From: an uncultured Acidobacteriaceae bacterium
GTDB lineage: Bacteria > Acidobacteriota > Terriglobia > Terriglobales > Acidobacteriaceae
DNA: 64,000 bases
NCBI GenBank assembly: GCA_963727295.1
Contig: CAVSFL010000009.1
Location: forward strand, 93,014-157,013
Direction: 5' to 3'
Positions 63,405 to 64,000 of this stretch are shown piece after piece (within the stretch, counting starts at the first letter, position 1; every line of letters starts with the position of its first letter). The translations under genes were made by a program, and so were the position numbers. A model generated the notes under the pieces. It did not search any database and was not told the DNA's origin. It worked only from the letters and a program-made list of their open reading frames with translations.

Positions 63405-63448
63405 GATTATTCCCCGTATATATAACGTACATAAGATGTATATATGAG
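63405..63448 (-). promoter_or_regulatory. AT-rich putative vapBC promoter/operator with palindrome TACATaagATGTA
   Basis: This 44-nt gap between the hpnE stop and the vapB start contains TATATA tracts flanking a perfect inverted repeat at 63428-63440. Confidence 0.4.
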
Positions 63449-64000
63449 TCAAACCGTTGCGCGATCGTGATTGAACAATCGCATCAATCCCTTCGCCGCT
63501 AAGTCGGGGACGAGGAACCTCTTTCCGCTGAGGGCCTCGGCTGCTCCATAGCCGCTGCGGACGGCTCCTTCCATGGTCGCGGGCCAGCCGGTCGCGGTCC
63601 AGTCGCCGGCGAGAAACAGACGAGGCCAGGGACTGGTGTGCGGTGGACGAAAGGCATCGCTGCCGGGCGAGGGCGAGAAGGTCGCGTGGATTTCTTTCAC
63701 CACGGTAGCTTTGGTGAGCTTGGCTTCGCGAGCGATTGGGAAAAATTCGGCCAGCTCGCGAACCGCGAGATCGATGATCTCCTGGCGCGGCTTGTCGACG
63801 AGCGTCTTGGACGAGCTGACCACCAGCTCAAGATAGCTTCCCTGCTGGGCTGAATCGCGGCGCGTGGCGAGGATCTTTGACTTGTGGAACATCCACTGGA
63901 TGGTGCGCTCAAGCAGGACGGCGTGTTCCAGCGGCGTGATCTCGCGATCGAACCAGAGATGAATGCCGGTAATCGGCGAGCTTTCGAAGCTGCGCGCCTG
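63449..64000 (-). CDS. hpnE: Hydroxysqualene dehydroxylase HpnE-like FAD-dependent desaturase (3' part; 5' end outside window)
   Basis: The frame is open to the window edge: ...ITGIHLWFDREITPLEHAVLLERTIQWMFHK...FLAGDWTATGWPATMEGAVRSG, typical of HpnE/amine-oxidase-fold desaturases. Confidence 0.75.
   Translation of the reverse strand, partial: QARSFESSPITGIHLWFDREITPLEHAVLLERTIQWMFHKSKILATRRDSAQQGSYLELVVSSSKTLVDKPRQEIIDLAVRELAEFFPIAREAKLTKATVVKEIHATFSPSPGSDAFRPPHTSPWPRLFLAGDWTATGWPATMEGAVRSGYGAAEALSGKRFLVPDLAAKGLMRLFNHDRATV

Overview
This is a GC-rich chromosomal segment (roughly 58-62% GC by eye, not computed) with about 45 protein-coding genes. I found no rRNA, tRNA, CRISPR array, transposase or integrase. 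The gene content suggests Acidobacteriota (inference): a VWFA-related acidobacterial-type protein, hopanoid hpnE, a bamA/surA-like/tamB operon and many secreted beta-propeller proteins. In order, the window holds: a P450 fragment and an aldo-keto reductase; a Kelch-like secreted protein; an epimerase plus a SurA-like chaperone; a CDF transporter; an ABC anion-type transporter; a BON protein; a tolC-mfp-RND efflux operon; a DedA-rhodanese fusion; bamA/surA-like/tamB; a ThiF-like E1; a VWA protein; a CPBP protease; a hydratase; a porin-headed cluster of secreted proteins; an acyl-CoA ligase plus a PanE-like reductase; a TPR membrane protein; a GntR regulator followed by a co-directional Cdc48-like AAA+ ATPase and 2-oxoacid:ferredoxin oxidoreductase (OFOR) cluster; a pseudo-receiver; a sigma-region-2-only mini-protein; Usp; DUF2254; a CPA2 antiporter; smc; vapBC; and the hpnE 3' end. 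Five things stand out. (1) An in-frame TGA sits at the catalytic-Cys position of the rhodanese domain, with a hairpin just downstream, making it a selenocysteine candidate. (2) Seven frame breaks in six conserved genes (two in smc) all shift into the +1 frame; these are more likely sequence artefacts than decay and need read-level checking. (3) A dense family of REP/BIME-like hairpin modules with GT[AG]G heads and CTTCAG loops fills at least 10 intergenic sites, including junctions inside operons. Two further long palindromic repeat types are also present. (4) The Cdc48-like unfoldase is translationally coupled to an OFOR operon whose ferredoxin subunit is fused to a GltD-like flavoprotein. 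(5) A 125-aa sigma70 region-1.2/2-only protein lies next to a receiver domain that lacks its phospho-acceptor Asp. All protein family calls come from motif recognition by eye; no database search was run.
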